From a virus, in the IMG/VR virus record IMGVR_UViG_3300006914_000013, positions 1 through 64,000 of that record: 64,000 nt of DNA; one strand, written 5' to 3'. Shown in pieces: positions 16,518 to 27,478 of this stretch (position 1 is its first letter; each line of letters starts with the position of its first letter). The position numbers were made by a program, and so were the translations under genes. The notes beneath the pieces are model-generated. The model did no database searches and was not told the DNA's origin. It saw nothing but the letters and a program-made list of their open reading frames with translations.

Positions 16518-19500
16518 ATGGCCGGCGAAGACATTATTATCAAGACGCTGTTCCAGGCCGGTATCAAACTCGACCGCCAGGATGAACTTGAACTCCAGAA
16601 ACGTCTGTCGGCATTGGCGAAGTCGTTTGACCTCGACGTTGCCAAGCGGCAAGCCGAAGAACTCGGCGACTTGCTTAACCAGGTCAGGAAAGACCGGGGG
16701 CTGTTGCAGCGCGCCGCCACGTCGCCGGACAGGCTGACCAAAGGGCAGCAGGCGCGACTGCCCGCCGCATTCGGTCGACTCACGACCGCGCAGGAACAGT
16801 TGAACAAACTGTTCACCACCCTGAAAAACGCAGGCAACGCCGAGAGGCTTCCGGTCTTCAAGAACCTGACCGGGGTGAAAACCGTACTGAACGAAATGGG
16901 CGCGATTGCCAGTAAAATCTCGCCCCTGATCGACAACGTCACGCAGAGTTTCAAGGCCAACGCCACCGCCATGCGCAAGGCGCAGACGGATACGGTGCGC
17001 GATCAGCGCCTGCGGGAAAGTCAGGCGCGCACCGCTGAAACCCTGGAACGCGCTCGCCGTACCCGGGCGATCCAGTCGCCGGAGGGGCGCAAGGCGTTTC
17101 TCACCGCAGCCCGCGGTAACACCGGCGCGATTGAAACCGCCGCCAGCGCCAAGCAAGGCCGTGCCTTCGCCGCCTCGGCGCTGGCCGCTACAGAGCGGGC
17201 GGTGCTGCTGGAGCGCTCCCGCCCGGTGCAGGACCCTCGCGCCATCGAGCGCGCCGAGCGCAAGCTGGCCCTCTCGGCGCAGACGTTCCGCGACCTCGAT
17301 CAGCGCGCTGGCCAGCTGACCTCGATCGAGGCGCTGCGCAAAAAACAAAGCCAGCTGGACCGTGACAGCGAAATCGAGGGCCGCAAGAGCCCCGAGGCAA
17401 AGGCGGCGCTGCGTTCTGCCCTGCGTGGCGACCTGACCGCCGTTACCTCTTCGGTGGAAGCCAGCAAGGGCGCGTCCTTTGCCCTCAAGGAGTTGAACGC
17501 CCGCAAGCAGATCCACGCCCTGACCGAACAGGTTTATGGCGAGCAATCCAAAGAAGCTGAACGCTCTAGCCGTCAACTGGGCGCACTGTCGCAGGCTTAC
17601 GCCGGGCTGACCAAGCGGGTCACTGACCTGTCCGAAGTCGAGAAACTGCGCAAGACCAACAACCGCAAGGCCGATCAGCTGGCCCTGAAAGAAGCCGAAG
17701 TGGCGCAGACCCGTGCTACCCGTGGCCGCCTGCTGCGCCCCGGGCGCACCGCGCTGGAACAGGCTGGCGGCATCGGCGCCGGGGTCGACGGCTTCGGCAA
17801 TGTCGATGCAGCGAAGAAAGCCCAGGCGTTCGTCAAGGGTGAGCTGGGCGACCTGATCAAGTTGCAAAACGCCTATGCCCGAACCTTCGGCGTCACAAGC
17901 GACCAGGCCAAGACCGCGGCGGTCGAGGTCGAGCGCTATGGCGAGTTCCTGCGCAAACTGGAAACCCGTATCCAGTCGCTGGGGGCCACGGCCGACACGC
18001 AGAAACAAATCGACAAGCACGCGGAAGCGGTGCGCACCTCGGAAGAACGACGCCGCAACAACGCCCTCAAGCTGGCCAACGGCAAACAATTGCTGGAGGA
18101 AGCCAACGGCGATTTCACCGGCTACACCGACCGGCGCGCCCTCGCCCGAGCCAAGAACTTTGCCAATGCCGAGTTGACCCAGTTGCGGGCACAGCAGGAA
18201 TCGGCGGCGCGCACTGTCGGGGTGGCCAGCGGCGAGTACATCACGGCGCGCAAGGAAGGCGACGAGTTCGCCAAGACCATCGCGCTGATCGACCAACGCC
18301 TCGATCACCTGGCGACCACCATCCGCGCCATGCCGCGGCTGAGCACCTTCGACAGCGCGAACAAGCACGCGGCAGGTAAGCGGATTTATGAGACGGCCCG
18401 GGAAAACCCCAATGGGCTGGCCGAACTGGAGCCGGAACAGGCCAAGCAGGCCCGGGATTACGTGCGGGCGCGGCGCAACGAACAGGCGGCCTTCGGCAAG
18501 GGCCTGTCCAAATCCGGGGCCAGCAAAGCCGATATTGATGCGGCGGCAGTGGCGACCCGTAACCTGTCCGATGAACTGGCGGTGCTGGCCAAGGCCGCCA
18601 CCCCGGCCAGCCAAGGCATGGGCTTGCTCCAGGCGACCCTGCGTTCGTTCCTCAAGTACGCCGTGGGCTATGGCTCCCTCTACGGGTTGGCTTCGGCCAT
18701 CGTCGCGCTCGGCCGGTCGATGGTCGACCTCCAGACCGAAATGCTGGACATCCAGGCGGTTACCGGCTCGACCGATGCGCAGATGCTCAAGCTGACCGAC
18801 ACCGTCGCCCAGGTGGCGCGGACCAGCAAGTTCTCCCTGCTCGACCTGACTAGGGCGACCAAGGTTCTGGCGCAGGCGGGTATCTCGGTTGAGGAACTGA
18901 ACACCTCGCTGCAAGCCACTGCCAACTTCGCGGCGGCCACCGGGGCCAACCTTGAGGTGGCGGCGGACCTGCTGTCGACCACGCGCACGGTGTTCAAGGA
19001 GCTGTCGGACGACACGATCAGCAACCAGCTGGCCAAGGCGATCAACGTATCCAAGCTGACCGCCGAGGATCTGAAAACCATCCTGTCCCTCGGCGCACAG
19101 ACCGCCAAGTCGTTCAACCTGACCTCCGAGCAGTTCTTGGCCGCCGTGGCCACGCTGAAAAACGCAGGTCTCCGCAGCAGCACGGCGGCCACTGGCTTGC
19201 GCCAAGGCATGCTGGAAATTTTCAGCCCGGACGCCAAGCTGATCAAAGCGCTGCAAGCCCGCTACCGCGACCTCGGCGAGGAAATGGGCGCGGAAGCGGT
19301 GCGCGCCCGCTTCTTCGCGTTCAGCCGTGGCCGCTCGCCGCTGATCGCAGCGCTGACCGAACTGAAACGCTTGGGCTTCAACGATGAGGGTGCGATGGAC
19401 CTCTCGCGGGCCTTCGACATCCGTTCGACGAACGCCATTAAGGCGATGATCGCGAACCTGGAGGAACTGGCCGCCAACGAAGGCAAGATCACCTTCGGCC

Positions 19501-22500
19501 GCGCTGCGGCGGCGGGTGCCGCGACCACCATCGAAGGGTTGAACGCCAGCTTCACCCGCCTGATGTCGACCGTCAACACCTTCACCTACAGCCGCAGTGA
19601 AGGGGTGCTGGGGTTCCTCACCGACACGATTCAGTTCCTCGACAGGGCGATCCAGAAGCTGGACGAATGGGACCTCAAGCGCCGCTCGATGGGCCAGTCC
19701 TCGTTGACCGGGCCGAACGGCCTGTTCAATTCGTGGGACTCGGCCATTAACCCCTACGCCACGGTGCGTAACTTCGCCAAGAACAAATTCAAGGAGGCGT
19801 TCCCTAGCGAGCCCACCCCTGAAGAAGCGGTGGATCAGGCCACCTCCAGTGCTCAAACCCTGGCCAACCGCCGGGCGAAATTCGAAGAATTCGAAAACTC
19901 GGCCCGTGCTGCCGACATTCGCCTGGCCAAACTCGGCGAGACCGTGGGCAGCGCAGGCGACGGGCTGGTCAAGATCGAGCGGGTATCTGACGACCTGAAC
20001 CTGACCATTGCCCGGGTGTTCGGCCCGGGGCTGGAGGAACAGCGCGAGCAGCTGGTGAAGCTGGCGCAGAGTTACAGCAACCTGACCCCCAGCGAACGCA
20101 ATGTTCGTATCAAGGAGCTGATCGACAAGTTCCCGCAACTTGAAAAGTTCGACCCCGTTCAGCTGGATCGCAGCCTGGCCTCCATCGCCGGCATGGGTAC
20201 GGCGGTGGATGGCTTCCTGAAAGGACAGGCCGAAGCCCTGTCGGATGGCCTCGCGAAAAGCCATGAAGTCCTGGACAAGCTGCAAGGGAAAGCACCCTCC
20301 ACAGTGGCCGAGATTGAGGCGGTGGCCACCGAAGAAGTGGCCCGTCGTTTCCCGGAAATGCTGGACATCATGCGCGGCGACAGCAAGCTCGCCGCTGGCC
20401 AGCAGATCACCATTATGCAAATGGCCTCGCAGGTTTGGGCGGACCTGGTGCGTTCCAAAGGCGGCGCGGGCTTCCTGCAGGAAGAGGCCAAGATGCAGGC
20501 CGACGCCCTGCTGCTGAAAATCAAGGCGCTTTCGCTGACCCGCAACAAGGACACCGCCGAGGTCGACATCCGGCTGGCCATCCAGTCGCTGGAAACCGAG
20601 AACAAAAAGCTCGGCAAGGCTGCTGTCGACCGCATGCAGCAGATCAAGGACTTCCTGATCGCCGCCGCCGACAAGCTGGACCCGGGGGCCAACAAGAGCC
20701 TGCTGGAAACCGGGGTCAAGGAAATCACCAAGGGGCAGGAAATCACCGGCGCCAAGTCGGTGGCCGAGATTGACGCCCGGGTCAAGATCAACAACGAACT
20801 GTTTGAGAAGGTCCGCACCAACCCGGATTTCCGCACCAACCTGTTGCAGATGCCGGACACCACCGTGGGCCGTGAGGCGGCGCTGTCCTACACGGAGCCG
20901 GGCAGCCAAGGCATTCCGATGGAGGATGTGCTGAACGGCACACAGGAATACAAGGACTTCCTCGATCTGGCCAAGACGTTCAACGACACCTACCTGAAGC
21001 AGATCGAAACCCGTAAAGCCTACGCGGCGGAACTGAAGCGGGGCCAGGCGCTGGGCGATGCCGTGGAGAAAGCCACCACGGAGTTCAACGACTTCAGGAC
21101 CAACAAGCAGTTTCCTCAAGCCCGCGGGGCGCTGAACGCCAAGATCAACGCACAGATCGCGGTCGAGAATGACAACCTCGCCGAGGCGGAACGCCAGCGC
21201 GTGGCCAACCTGTCGAACACGGACATCGACAAAGACAAGACCATTCTCAAGAACGAACTGGACGCCAGGGCGCGCATCGCCAAGCTGGAAATCGAGCGCG
21301 CCAAGGAACTGGAGCAGATCAACCGCGAAGAGGCCAAGGTCGAGCTGGGCCGTGGCCAGCGGCAGAAGGCAGGCGAGCAGGCGCGGCTCAAAGGCACGCT
21401 GGACAACGCCACCAACCTGACCCCGCAAGCAGCGATTGACTCGACGATCGACCAGTTCGACAAGGTCAACGCCGAACGGCTGGCCCTGTTTGAGGAACAA
21501 CTGCGGCAGCAAGGCACCCTGACTGACCTGTCGGACGCCGAGATTGAGGAAAAGCGCAAGTCGCTGGCCCCGTACAAAGAGCAAGCGGCCTACCTAGAGC
21601 TGGTGTTCCGTCGTGAGCGCCAAGTGCGCGACGACATCGACGCCCAGCTCGCGCTCACCCTGAGCAGCGGCAACTTGATCAATGACGCCCGGCTGGAAGA
21701 CAAGGGCCTGGCCCCCGGGGACCGCACACAGCGCCGCGACTTCCTGCTCAACCAACGCAACCTGCTGCTCGACAAGCGCGACAACGCAATCAACACACTG
21801 GGCATTGCCCAGGGCAAAGTTCAGGACCTGGTCCCCAAATCCTTGGCCGACCCGGACAACCGGAACGTGGCCGAGTCGCTGCGCGTGGCGCGGGCGGAAG
21901 TCCACGACCTGACAGCGGTGATCGCCGACGCCAACACGGCGCTGGGGCAGACCGGTCTGGAACTGGAGCGCGTCACCGGCACTTGGGAGACGGGGTTCAA
22001 GCGCGCCTTCGACCCGAACGTCATCATGCGCAGCCTGGAACAGTCGGAGTCGTCGTTTGAGCACTTCGGCGAGGTCATCAATGACCATGTGGTCGGCGCC
22101 ATCGAAGGCATCGGCGATGCCTTTGCCGATGCCGTGGTGGAAGGCGAAAGCCTCGGCCACGCCATCGACGATGTGTTCTCGTCGCTCACCAAAGAGACCA
22201 TGCGCACGCTGATCAAGACGCTCAGCAACGAGACGATCGGCAGCCTCACCGGCACCCTGTTCGGCAGCAAGGAGCCGGGGCAACAGGGCCTCTTGCCGAG
22301 CCTGTTTGCGCGCTTGGGGCTTGGCGGTGGGGCGAAGAAAGGCGAAGCCACCCACACCACGGCGCAAGCCACCCAGCCGGTGGGCTTCGTTGACCGGGTG
22401 GTCAGCTCGCTGACCTTCGGCAGTTCAGAGGTCGAGAAAGACGGCAGCTGCCTGCCGCCAGAAACCGCCGAGGCGATGAAGAAAGTCGCCGCTGGCCCGG

Positions 22501-23132
22501 GGCTGGACAAGCTGGTTGCCGCCGAAGGCAAAGGCTTTTTCGAGGAACTGGGCGGGGGCTTCGTTGGCCTGCTGGACGATGTCACTAGTGGTTTCGGCAA
22601 GGTGTTCGGCAACCTCGGCGGGCTGCTCGGGCTGGGCAGCTCCAGCGGCGCGGGCCAGGCCACCGGCCTATTCAGCCTCGGCACCATGGTGGCTGGCATG
22701 TTTGCTGGCGGCGCGGGCGGGGCCGCCACCTACAAGGGTGCCTATGGCTTCGCCGGTGGCGGCATCATTCACGGGCCAGGCACTGGCACCTCGGACTCGA
22801 TCCCGGCCTACCTGACCGGCCCGAGCGGCCAGCACACAGAACTGCGCGTGTCCAATGGCGAAGCCATCCTGAACGCCAAGGCCACCGCCGCACTGGGCGC
22901 GGACTTTATCCACTCGGTGAACAACGGGCGGATGCTCAGCGCCCGCTCCAGCGCGGTGATGACCGATCAAGCCCAGCTGACCGGCTCGATGCCGGCGGCG
23001 CCGGTGTCCACCAACGGCCGCCCCGGCGGCGGTTCGGACATCTACAACGTCCACGTCACCCCGGCGCAGATGCGCATGCGCATGGGTGACTGGCTGGATC
23101 AGCAGATCCTCAACGAGAGGGCCAAGCGATGA
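16518..23132 (+). CDS. Tail tape measure protein (2204 aa)
   Basis: Long helical Ala/Leu-rich protein; TP901-like core (LAQAGIS, ATANFAAATG, AATGLRQ); C-terminal FAGGGIIHGPGTGTSDSIPA. Confidence 0.93.
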   Translation: MAGEDIIIKTLFQAGIKLDRQDELELQKRLSALAKSFDLDVAKRQAEELGDLLNQVRKDRGLLQRAATSPDRLTKGQQARLPAAFGRLTTAQEQLNKLFTTLKNAGNAERLPVFKNLTGVKTVLNEMGAIASKISPLIDNVTQSFKANATAMRKAQTDTVRDQRLRESQARTAETLERARRTRAIQSPEGRKAFLTAARGNTGAIETAASAKQGRAFAASALAATERAVLLERSRPVQDPRAIERAERKLALSAQTFRDLDQRAGQLTSIEALRKKQSQLDRDSEIEGRKSPEAKAALRSALRGDLTAVTSSVEASKGASFALKELNARKQIHALTEQVYGEQSKEAERSSRQLGALSQAYAGLTKRVTDLSEVEKLRKTNNRKADQLALKEAEVAQTRATRGRLLRPGRTALEQAGGIGAGVDGFGNVDAAKKAQAFVKGELGDLIKLQNAYARTFGVTSDQAKTAAVEVERYGEFLRKLETRIQSLGATADTQKQIDKHAEAVRTSEERRRNNALKLANGKQLLEEANGDFTGYTDRRALARAKNFANAELTQLRAQQESAARTVGVASGEYITARKEGDEFAKTIALIDQRLDHLATTIRAMPRLSTFDSANKHAAGKRIYETARENPNGLAELEPEQAKQARDYVRARRNEQAAFGKGLSKSGASKADIDAAAVATRNLSDELAVLAKAATPASQGMGLLQATLRSFLKYAVGYGSLYGLASAIVALGRSMVDLQTEMLDIQAVTGSTDAQMLKLTDTVAQVARTSKFSLLDLTRATKVLAQAGISVEELNTSLQATANFAAATGANLEVAADLLSTTRTVFKELSDDTISNQLAKAINVSKLTAEDLKTILSLGAQTAKSFNLTSEQFLAAVATLKNAGLRSSTAATGLRQGMLEIFSPDAKLIKALQARYRDLGEEMGAEAVRARFFAFSRGRSPLIAALTELKRLGFNDEGAMDLSRAFDIRSTNAIKAMIANLEELAANEGKITFGRAAAAGAATTIEGLNASFTRLMSTVNTFTYSRSEGVLGFLTDTIQFLDRAIQKLDEWDLKRRSMGQSSLTGPNGLFNSWDSAINPYATVRNFAKNKFKEAFPSEPTPEEAVDQATSSAQTLANRRAKFEEFENSARAADIRLAKLGETVGSAGDGLVKIERVSDDLNLTIARVFGPGLEEQREQLVKLAQSYSNLTPSERNVRIKELIDKFPQLEKFDPVQLDRSLASIAGMGTAVDGFLKGQAEALSDGLAKSHEVLDKLQGKAPSTVAEIEAVATEEVARRFPEMLDIMRGDSKLAAGQQITIMQMASQVWADLVRSKGGAGFLQEEAKMQADALLLKIKALSLTRNKDTAEVDIRLAIQSLETENKKLGKAAVDRMQQIKDFLIAAADKLDPGANKSLLETGVKEITKGQEITGAKSVAEIDARVKINNELFEKVRTNPDFRTNLLQMPDTTVGREAALSYTEPGSQGIPMEDVLNGTQEYKDFLDLAKTFNDTYLKQIETRKAYAAELKRGQALGDAVEKATTEFNDFRTNKQFPQARGALNAKINAQIAVENDNLAEAERQRVANLSNTDIDKDKTILKNELDARARIAKLEIERAKELEQINREEAKVELGRGQRQKAGEQARLKGTLDNATNLTPQAAIDSTIDQFDKVNAERLALFEEQLRQQGTLTDLSDAEIEEKRKSLAPYKEQAAYLELVFRRERQVRDDIDAQLALTLSSGNLINDARLEDKGLAPGDRTQRRDFLLNQRNLLLDKRDNAINTLGIAQGKVQDLVPKSLADPDNRNVAESLRVARAEVHDLTAVIADANTALGQTGLELERVTGTWETGFKRAFDPNVIMRSLEQSESSFEHFGEVINDHVVGAIEGIGDAFADAVVEGESLGHAIDDVFSSLTKETMRTLIKTLSNETIGSLTGTLFGSKEPGQQGLLPSLFARLGLGGGAKKGEATHTTAQATQPVGFVDRVVSSLTFGSSEVEKDGSCLPPETAEAMKKVAAGPGLDKLVAAEGKGFFEELGGGFVGLLDDVTSGFGKVFGNLGGLLGLGSSSGAGQATGLFSLGTMVAGMFAGGAGGAATYKGAYGFAGGGIIHGPGTGTSDSIPAYLTGPSGQHTELRVSNGEAILNAKATAALGADFIHSVNNGRMLSARSSAVMTDQAQLTGSMPAAPVSTNGRPGGGSDIYNVHVTPAQMRMRMGDWLDQQILNERAKR

Positions 23133-23350
23133 GCCTACACGCTCTGACCGGCACCCTAGTTCGCACGGATGGCAGCTGCGTGATCGTGTTCACTGGCCCG
23201 CCCTTCCGGGCGATCCAGTGGACGCTGGCTGGCTCCGGCACCCTGACCCTGATCAGCGAAGTCACCGACGCCCAGGGCGTTGCGCTGGCCCGCTACAACC
23301 CCGGCACGGCAGGCGACACCCCGACTGTCTCTGTGCATTACGTTCCGTGA
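23129..23350 (+). CDS. Small Ig-like tail protein
   Basis: TDAQGVA Big-1-like motif; coupled to the tape measure gene. Confidence 0.55.
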   Translation: MSLHALTGTLVRTDGSCVIVFTGPPFRAIQWTLAGSGTLTLISEVTDAQGVALARYNPGTAGDTPTVSVHYVP

Positions 23351-23357
23351 GGTGGGT

Positions 23358-23900
23358 ATGCCCCTTTTGACCGCAACGACCAACTTCACCATCCTCGACG
23401 CCAGCCCGGTGATCGAGAGCATTGTCCTGTCGGTGGTGGCCGCCGCTGCGCCGGGTACCGGCAAGGGCCGGATGATCCACCCGACGCTGGGCACGCTGGA
23501 CTACACGCTGGCCCCGCACGAATGGACCAACATGGCCGAGGACGCGATCATCGCGCCGATCTGGACCTCGCAGATGACCCTGTCGTCGGCGTCCAACACC
23601 CTGTGGCCGGGCAGCCTGCGCGACGTGGCACCAGAGGAACGCTGGATTCCCAGCGCTGGCCTGTCGATGCCGCTGGACATGCTCAAGGCGTTGATTGCCT
23701 TCTGGATGAACCCGCCCGATCCGGCGGTGGGGTACATCGAGTGGCACCCCTCCTACGTCACCAGCCTGAAGTTCAGCGTGATCATCGTCGGCATAGAGGT
23801 CGGGGGTGCGCCCATGACCATGTCCCCGCAATCGGTCGGCACCGACCTGGTGGAATACCCGGTGACGGTCAAACTGCGCATCGTCGGCAGGGTGGCCTGA
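23358..23900 (+). CDS. Putative distal tail protein
   Basis: ATG 23358 with GAGGTG SD; position after tape measure. Confidence 0.55.
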   Translation: MPLLTATTNFTILDASPVIESIVLSVVAAAAPGTGKGRMIHPTLGTLDYTLAPHEWTNMAEDAIIAPIWTSQMTLSSASNTLWPGSLRDVAPEERWIPSAGLSMPLDMLKALIAFWMNPPDPAVGYIEWHPSYVTSLKFSVIIVGIEVGGAPMTMSPQSVGTDLVEYPVTVKLRIVGRVA

Positions 23901-23901
23901 C

Positions 23902-24861
23902 ATGGCCCTGCGTCTGCTGGCCGGGCCGTTCCCGATGAAGGACATCGACGGCAACTATGCGCGCTGCTTTCACAAGCCGTCGTGGTTCGATTCGCTGATG
24001 GCGATGGCAGCCGTGACCGTCATTCACAAACCCACCGGCGATTCGCTGCAGAGCGGCACCCTGATTCAGCTCGACGGCTTTACCGGCGTGCGTAACCCGT
24101 CATTGACCGCTTACGACCTCTACTGCCACGACACGCAGAACACCGGCATCGCCGTGGCGTCGGCGGGCTTCACCTACATGGTCAAGCGCTCCGTGCATCC
24201 GGTGACCCTCTACCCCGAGGGGGTGGACATCCCAGACTCCAGTTGGCTGGCCGGTGGTGCTTACTTCCTGGCGGAACGGGTGTTGTTCATGGGACTGCGC
24301 AGTCGTCTGCACAGTGAAACCGGCAGTGGTGCCATCGAAGCCACCCTGCCCACCATGAACGCCGGGGGCATCGGCTACACCTACAGCCCGGGGCCTGCCG
24401 CCGGAACAGTGTTTGTATCGGCGATGGATTCCGCCGTGCTGTACGACCACGTCAACCGGGAAATCGTCAGCTGGCATCGCAAGCTGGGGTTCGACGCGGC
24501 CTACCCGCCGACCTACTCCCCGGCTCTCGGGGTCTGGTTTGTGCTGCGCCAGGAACTTAGCCCCGAGGTGCATCACACCATCAGTATTTACGCCGATGAG
24601 CCAATGCCCACGTCCCTGTCCGCCCCTGTGGCGCTCGGCATCGTAGGCCAAGGCAGCTCGGTCGAATACCGCACCCGCCTGCTTGGCGCCAGTGGCGAAC
24701 CGTGTGCCGGTGTACTGGTGGACTGGTCCAGTACCACGCCGGGGGTGGTGCAGATCGCGCAATCAACCACCGACGTGGACGGCTACGCCCGCACCCGGGT
24801 GACCCTGCCGATCGGCAGCACCGGCCTTAACTTCAACCTGACCGCAGGGGTGCTGCTCTGA
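23902..24861 (+). CDS. Tail tip protein with C-terminal Ig-like domain
   Basis: GEPCAGV.V.W...STTDVDGYA Big-1-like C-terminus. Confidence 0.6.
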   Translation: MALRLLAGPFPMKDIDGNYARCFHKPSWFDSLMAMAAVTVIHKPTGDSLQSGTLIQLDGFTGVRNPSLTAYDLYCHDTQNTGIAVASAGFTYMVKRSVHPVTLYPEGVDIPDSSWLAGGAYFLAERVLFMGLRSRLHSETGSGAIEATLPTMNAGGIGYTYSPGPAAGTVFVSAMDSAVLYDHVNREIVSWHRKLGFDAAYPPTYSPALGVWFVLRQELSPEVHHTISIYADEPMPTSLSAPVALGIVGQGSSVEYRTRLLGASGEPCAGVLVDWSSTTPGVVQIAQSTTDVDGYARTRVTLPIGSTGLNFNLTAGVLL

Positions 24862-25997
24862 TGCCCATCAAACAGGTTTTTGAGTCAGACGTAGCGGTCT
24901 ACCCGCTAACCCACCGGGCCGTGCCCCGCGTTGGGGTTTTCCCTGGCGACGGTATCAGTTACTTCTGGTACAGCCCCATCGAAACAAACTTCACATGCAG
25001 CATGTACATCGACTTTTTCCGCGGGCTGTTCACGGTCAAAGACCCGAACTACCCCGGCGAATTTGAGGTGCATCTGTTGTGCGTGATGCGCCAGGACGAG
25101 TGGCCGAGCTGGAGCGTACAGACGTTGGTGTGGGATGGCCGCTCTGGTGCGTTCAAGGGCATGCGCCAGAACATCACGTCTTTCATGATCGCGTTCATGT
25201 TTTCCGCCCCTGACGGAACAATCTGGGCCACCAGTCTCTACGACTACGGGTTTTTTAAGGTGGACCCGGTTACATGGTTAATGACCATGCACCCGGTGCT
25301 GTTCACCGACTTGGGGGCCAACATCGGCAGCATCGGCGGCGCTCCCGGTACCAGCGCCATTGCCATTGACCCCACTCGGGACGTGGTGATCACCCGCCTG
25401 CACGAAAACACTTCGTCACAGTTGTCGGTCTGCCGGCTTTCCAACGGGGACTGGCTGCGCACGATCAACGTGGCCGGCAACATCGAGTTCTTGTTCATTG
25501 CCGAACCGCCGATGGCCTACGCCGTGGAAACCAACGGCAACCTGACCGCCTTCAACTATGAAACCGGCGAAGTGACCGGCGTGCTGCACACCGGGCTGGT
25601 CAGTGGCGGCTTCACCTGGGCCAACACCGCGTTCACCTGGGACCCGTTCATGCGCCGGGTGATGTTCTGCTTCAACTCGCCTGACACCCTACCCGACTGC
25701 ATTTGCACCACCAAACTCAAAGGCTTCTACCCTGTGGCGTTGCCCGTTGGCATGACCCCGCCGATCCCCCTGCGCTCTCCGCAGAAGGGCAAGACTGTGC
25801 CGGTGCTCAATCGGGTGTATGGCGGCGCGGGTGAAGGGATCGTAGGTCAAGAGCTGACCTACACTGTAGGGAATGATTCAGCGGCAACCGTGAGCCCTGG
25901 CAGGAAAGCCAGCGAGAACAACGGAACCGTGCAAGTCCAACTGGCCGGCGTACTTGCTGGCGCAAATTCCATCGTTAGTGAAACTTCGGTGCCCTAA
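24861..25997 (+). CDS. Tail tip protein (beta-propeller-like plus Ig-like C-terminus)
   Basis: Repeated beta-blade-like segments; C-terminus similar to the preceding gene. Confidence 0.55.
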   Translation: MPIKQVFESDVAVYPLTHRAVPRVGVFPGDGISYFWYSPIETNFTCSMYIDFFRGLFTVKDPNYPGEFEVHLLCVMRQDEWPSWSVQTLVWDGRSGAFKGMRQNITSFMIAFMFSAPDGTIWATSLYDYGFFKVDPVTWLMTMHPVLFTDLGANIGSIGGAPGTSAIAIDPTRDVVITRLHENTSSQLSVCRLSNGDWLRTINVAGNIEFLFIAEPPMAYAVETNGNLTAFNYETGEVTGVLHTGLVSGGFTWANTAFTWDPFMRRVMFCFNSPDTLPDCICTTKLKGFYPVALPVGMTPPIPLRSPQKGKTVPVLNRVYGGAGEGIVGQELTYTVGNDSAATVSPGRKASENNGTVQVQLAGVLAGANSIVSETSVP

Positions 25998-27478
25998 TGC
26001 TTACGGAATTCCCGTACCTGCGCTACCCGAGCGAGGACGTTGTGCGCAACGTCCAGCTGGTGCATTACAAGGCGACCAGCACCACCTGGGCGCAACTGGT
26101 CGGCGGCACCGCCACCATGTACCAGGACCTAAGCCCCTTTGCCGACAACATCACCCAGTCCGAGACTGGCCTGACCGTGGGCCTGGTGTTCTATCAGGAA
26201 CTGTACGGCGTGGCGCAGCCCAAGATCGGCGACTTGATCCAGGTGCGCCTCGACGGCCTGCCGCTGTTCAACGGGCAGATCGAGGACTTGTCGGACTACC
26301 GCGAGAGCCGTGGCGAGCGCGCCATGTCCCTGACCGTTCGCAGCCGGGACAGCAACAGCCTGTGGCGACAGACCAAGTGGGTCGGCAACGTCTATCCCGC
26401 TGGCAGCGAACTGGGCGTTATTGCCCGGGACGTGCTCACCGCCATCGGCCTGACCACCTCGGAAATCCGTGGCTCGCTGGTGCTGGGCATCGCAACCGTG
26501 CATGGCGACACCCAACTGGCCGACACACCGGCATGGGACATGCTGACCGACATCCTGCAGGTCGCTGGCCTTGAGCCGTGGGTCGACGCCTTGGGGCGCT
26601 TTAAGCCAATCTCCCGCGACATCGTGCGCCCTGCCGACCTAGTGCTGGAGCCGTACCAACTGCTGCGTATCAGCGGTTCGCGCAACAAGACCGCCGTAAC
26701 CTCCGTGATTCTCAAGTGGCTCGACCCGAACCTGAGCAAGAGCTTGCAGCAGGCTCAGGTGCTGGCTCGCGAGTCGATCACCGCCGGGTTCTTCAAGCTC
26801 AAGCAGGAACGCGAGTTGTACTGGTCGGACGACCGCCGGCAGCGCGCCGACAACACCTGGATGAAGACCATCACCTCGGTCAACGACGGCCTGCTGCCGG
26901 TCGGCGATGAGGACTACGAACAGAAAAGCGAGTTCAGCGGCGAAATAACCGTGACCAGCAAGGCGTGGGTACCGACCCTAGCCACCGCCGCCCTCGCCGC
27001 CATGCTGTACGCCGCCACCGACCCGGATGTGGTGCAGGTAGGGCCAACCGGAACCGGCTTCACCATCCCGATCGGGCGGATCGCCGAGGCCGCCGGGCAG
27101 ATCGCGTTCTTCCTGATCATCATGTCCCTCGGCACCGGGGTGTATGAGATTTGGGGTGAACCCTACGACTACGTCCACGAAACCAACACCACCGAAGCCT
27201 ACAACGACAGCACGCCAGAATGGATGCGCCTGGAAGAAGGTCTTGACTCGGACTTCGTGATGAACGAAGGCCACGCCCAGCAGATCGCCGTGCGCGAACT
27301 GCTGTACCGCTCCCTGTCGGCCATCACCTGGAACGTCGACATCATTGACCACCCGGCGCTGGAGCGCGGCGACATCCTGCAACTGCCGGACGGTTCGCGC
27401 CTGTACGTGCTGACGTTCTCCCGCGACCTGACCCGTGGGTCGGCGGCCATGCTCTCGGTACAGGGGTTCCGCGTCTGA
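25997..27478 (+). CDS. Tail hub/baseplate-like protein
   Basis: LF.GQIE, WVDALGRF and HPALERGD motifs of hub proteins. Confidence 0.7.
   Translation: MLTEFPYLRYPSEDVVRNVQLVHYKATSTTWAQLVGGTATMYQDLSPFADNITQSETGLTVGLVFYQELYGVAQPKIGDLIQVRLDGLPLFNGQIEDLSDYRESRGERAMSLTVRSRDSNSLWRQTKWVGNVYPAGSELGVIARDVLTAIGLTTSEIRGSLVLGIATVHGDTQLADTPAWDMLTDILQVAGLEPWVDALGRFKPISRDIVRPADLVLEPYQLLRISGSRNKTAVTSVILKWLDPNLSKSLQQAQVLARESITAGFFKLKQERELYWSDDRRQRADNTWMKTITSVNDGLLPVGDEDYEQKSEFSGEITVTSKAWVPTLATAALAAMLYAATDPDVVQVGPTGTGFTIPIGRIAEAAGQIAFFLIIMSLGTGVYEIWGEPYDYVHETNTTEAYNDSTPEWMRLEEGLDSDFVMNEGHAQQIAVRELLYRSLSAITWNVDIIDHPALERGDILQLPDGSRLYVLTFSRDLTRGSAAMLSVQGFRV

Noticed and set aside
16398-21584. 1728-aa antisense ORF opposite the tape measure gene (also 5621-7786, 39008-40705, 45472-47130 and similar)
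   Set aside because: Shadow ORFs from high GC3 codon bias; no motifs or SD, and fully overlapped by well-supported genes.
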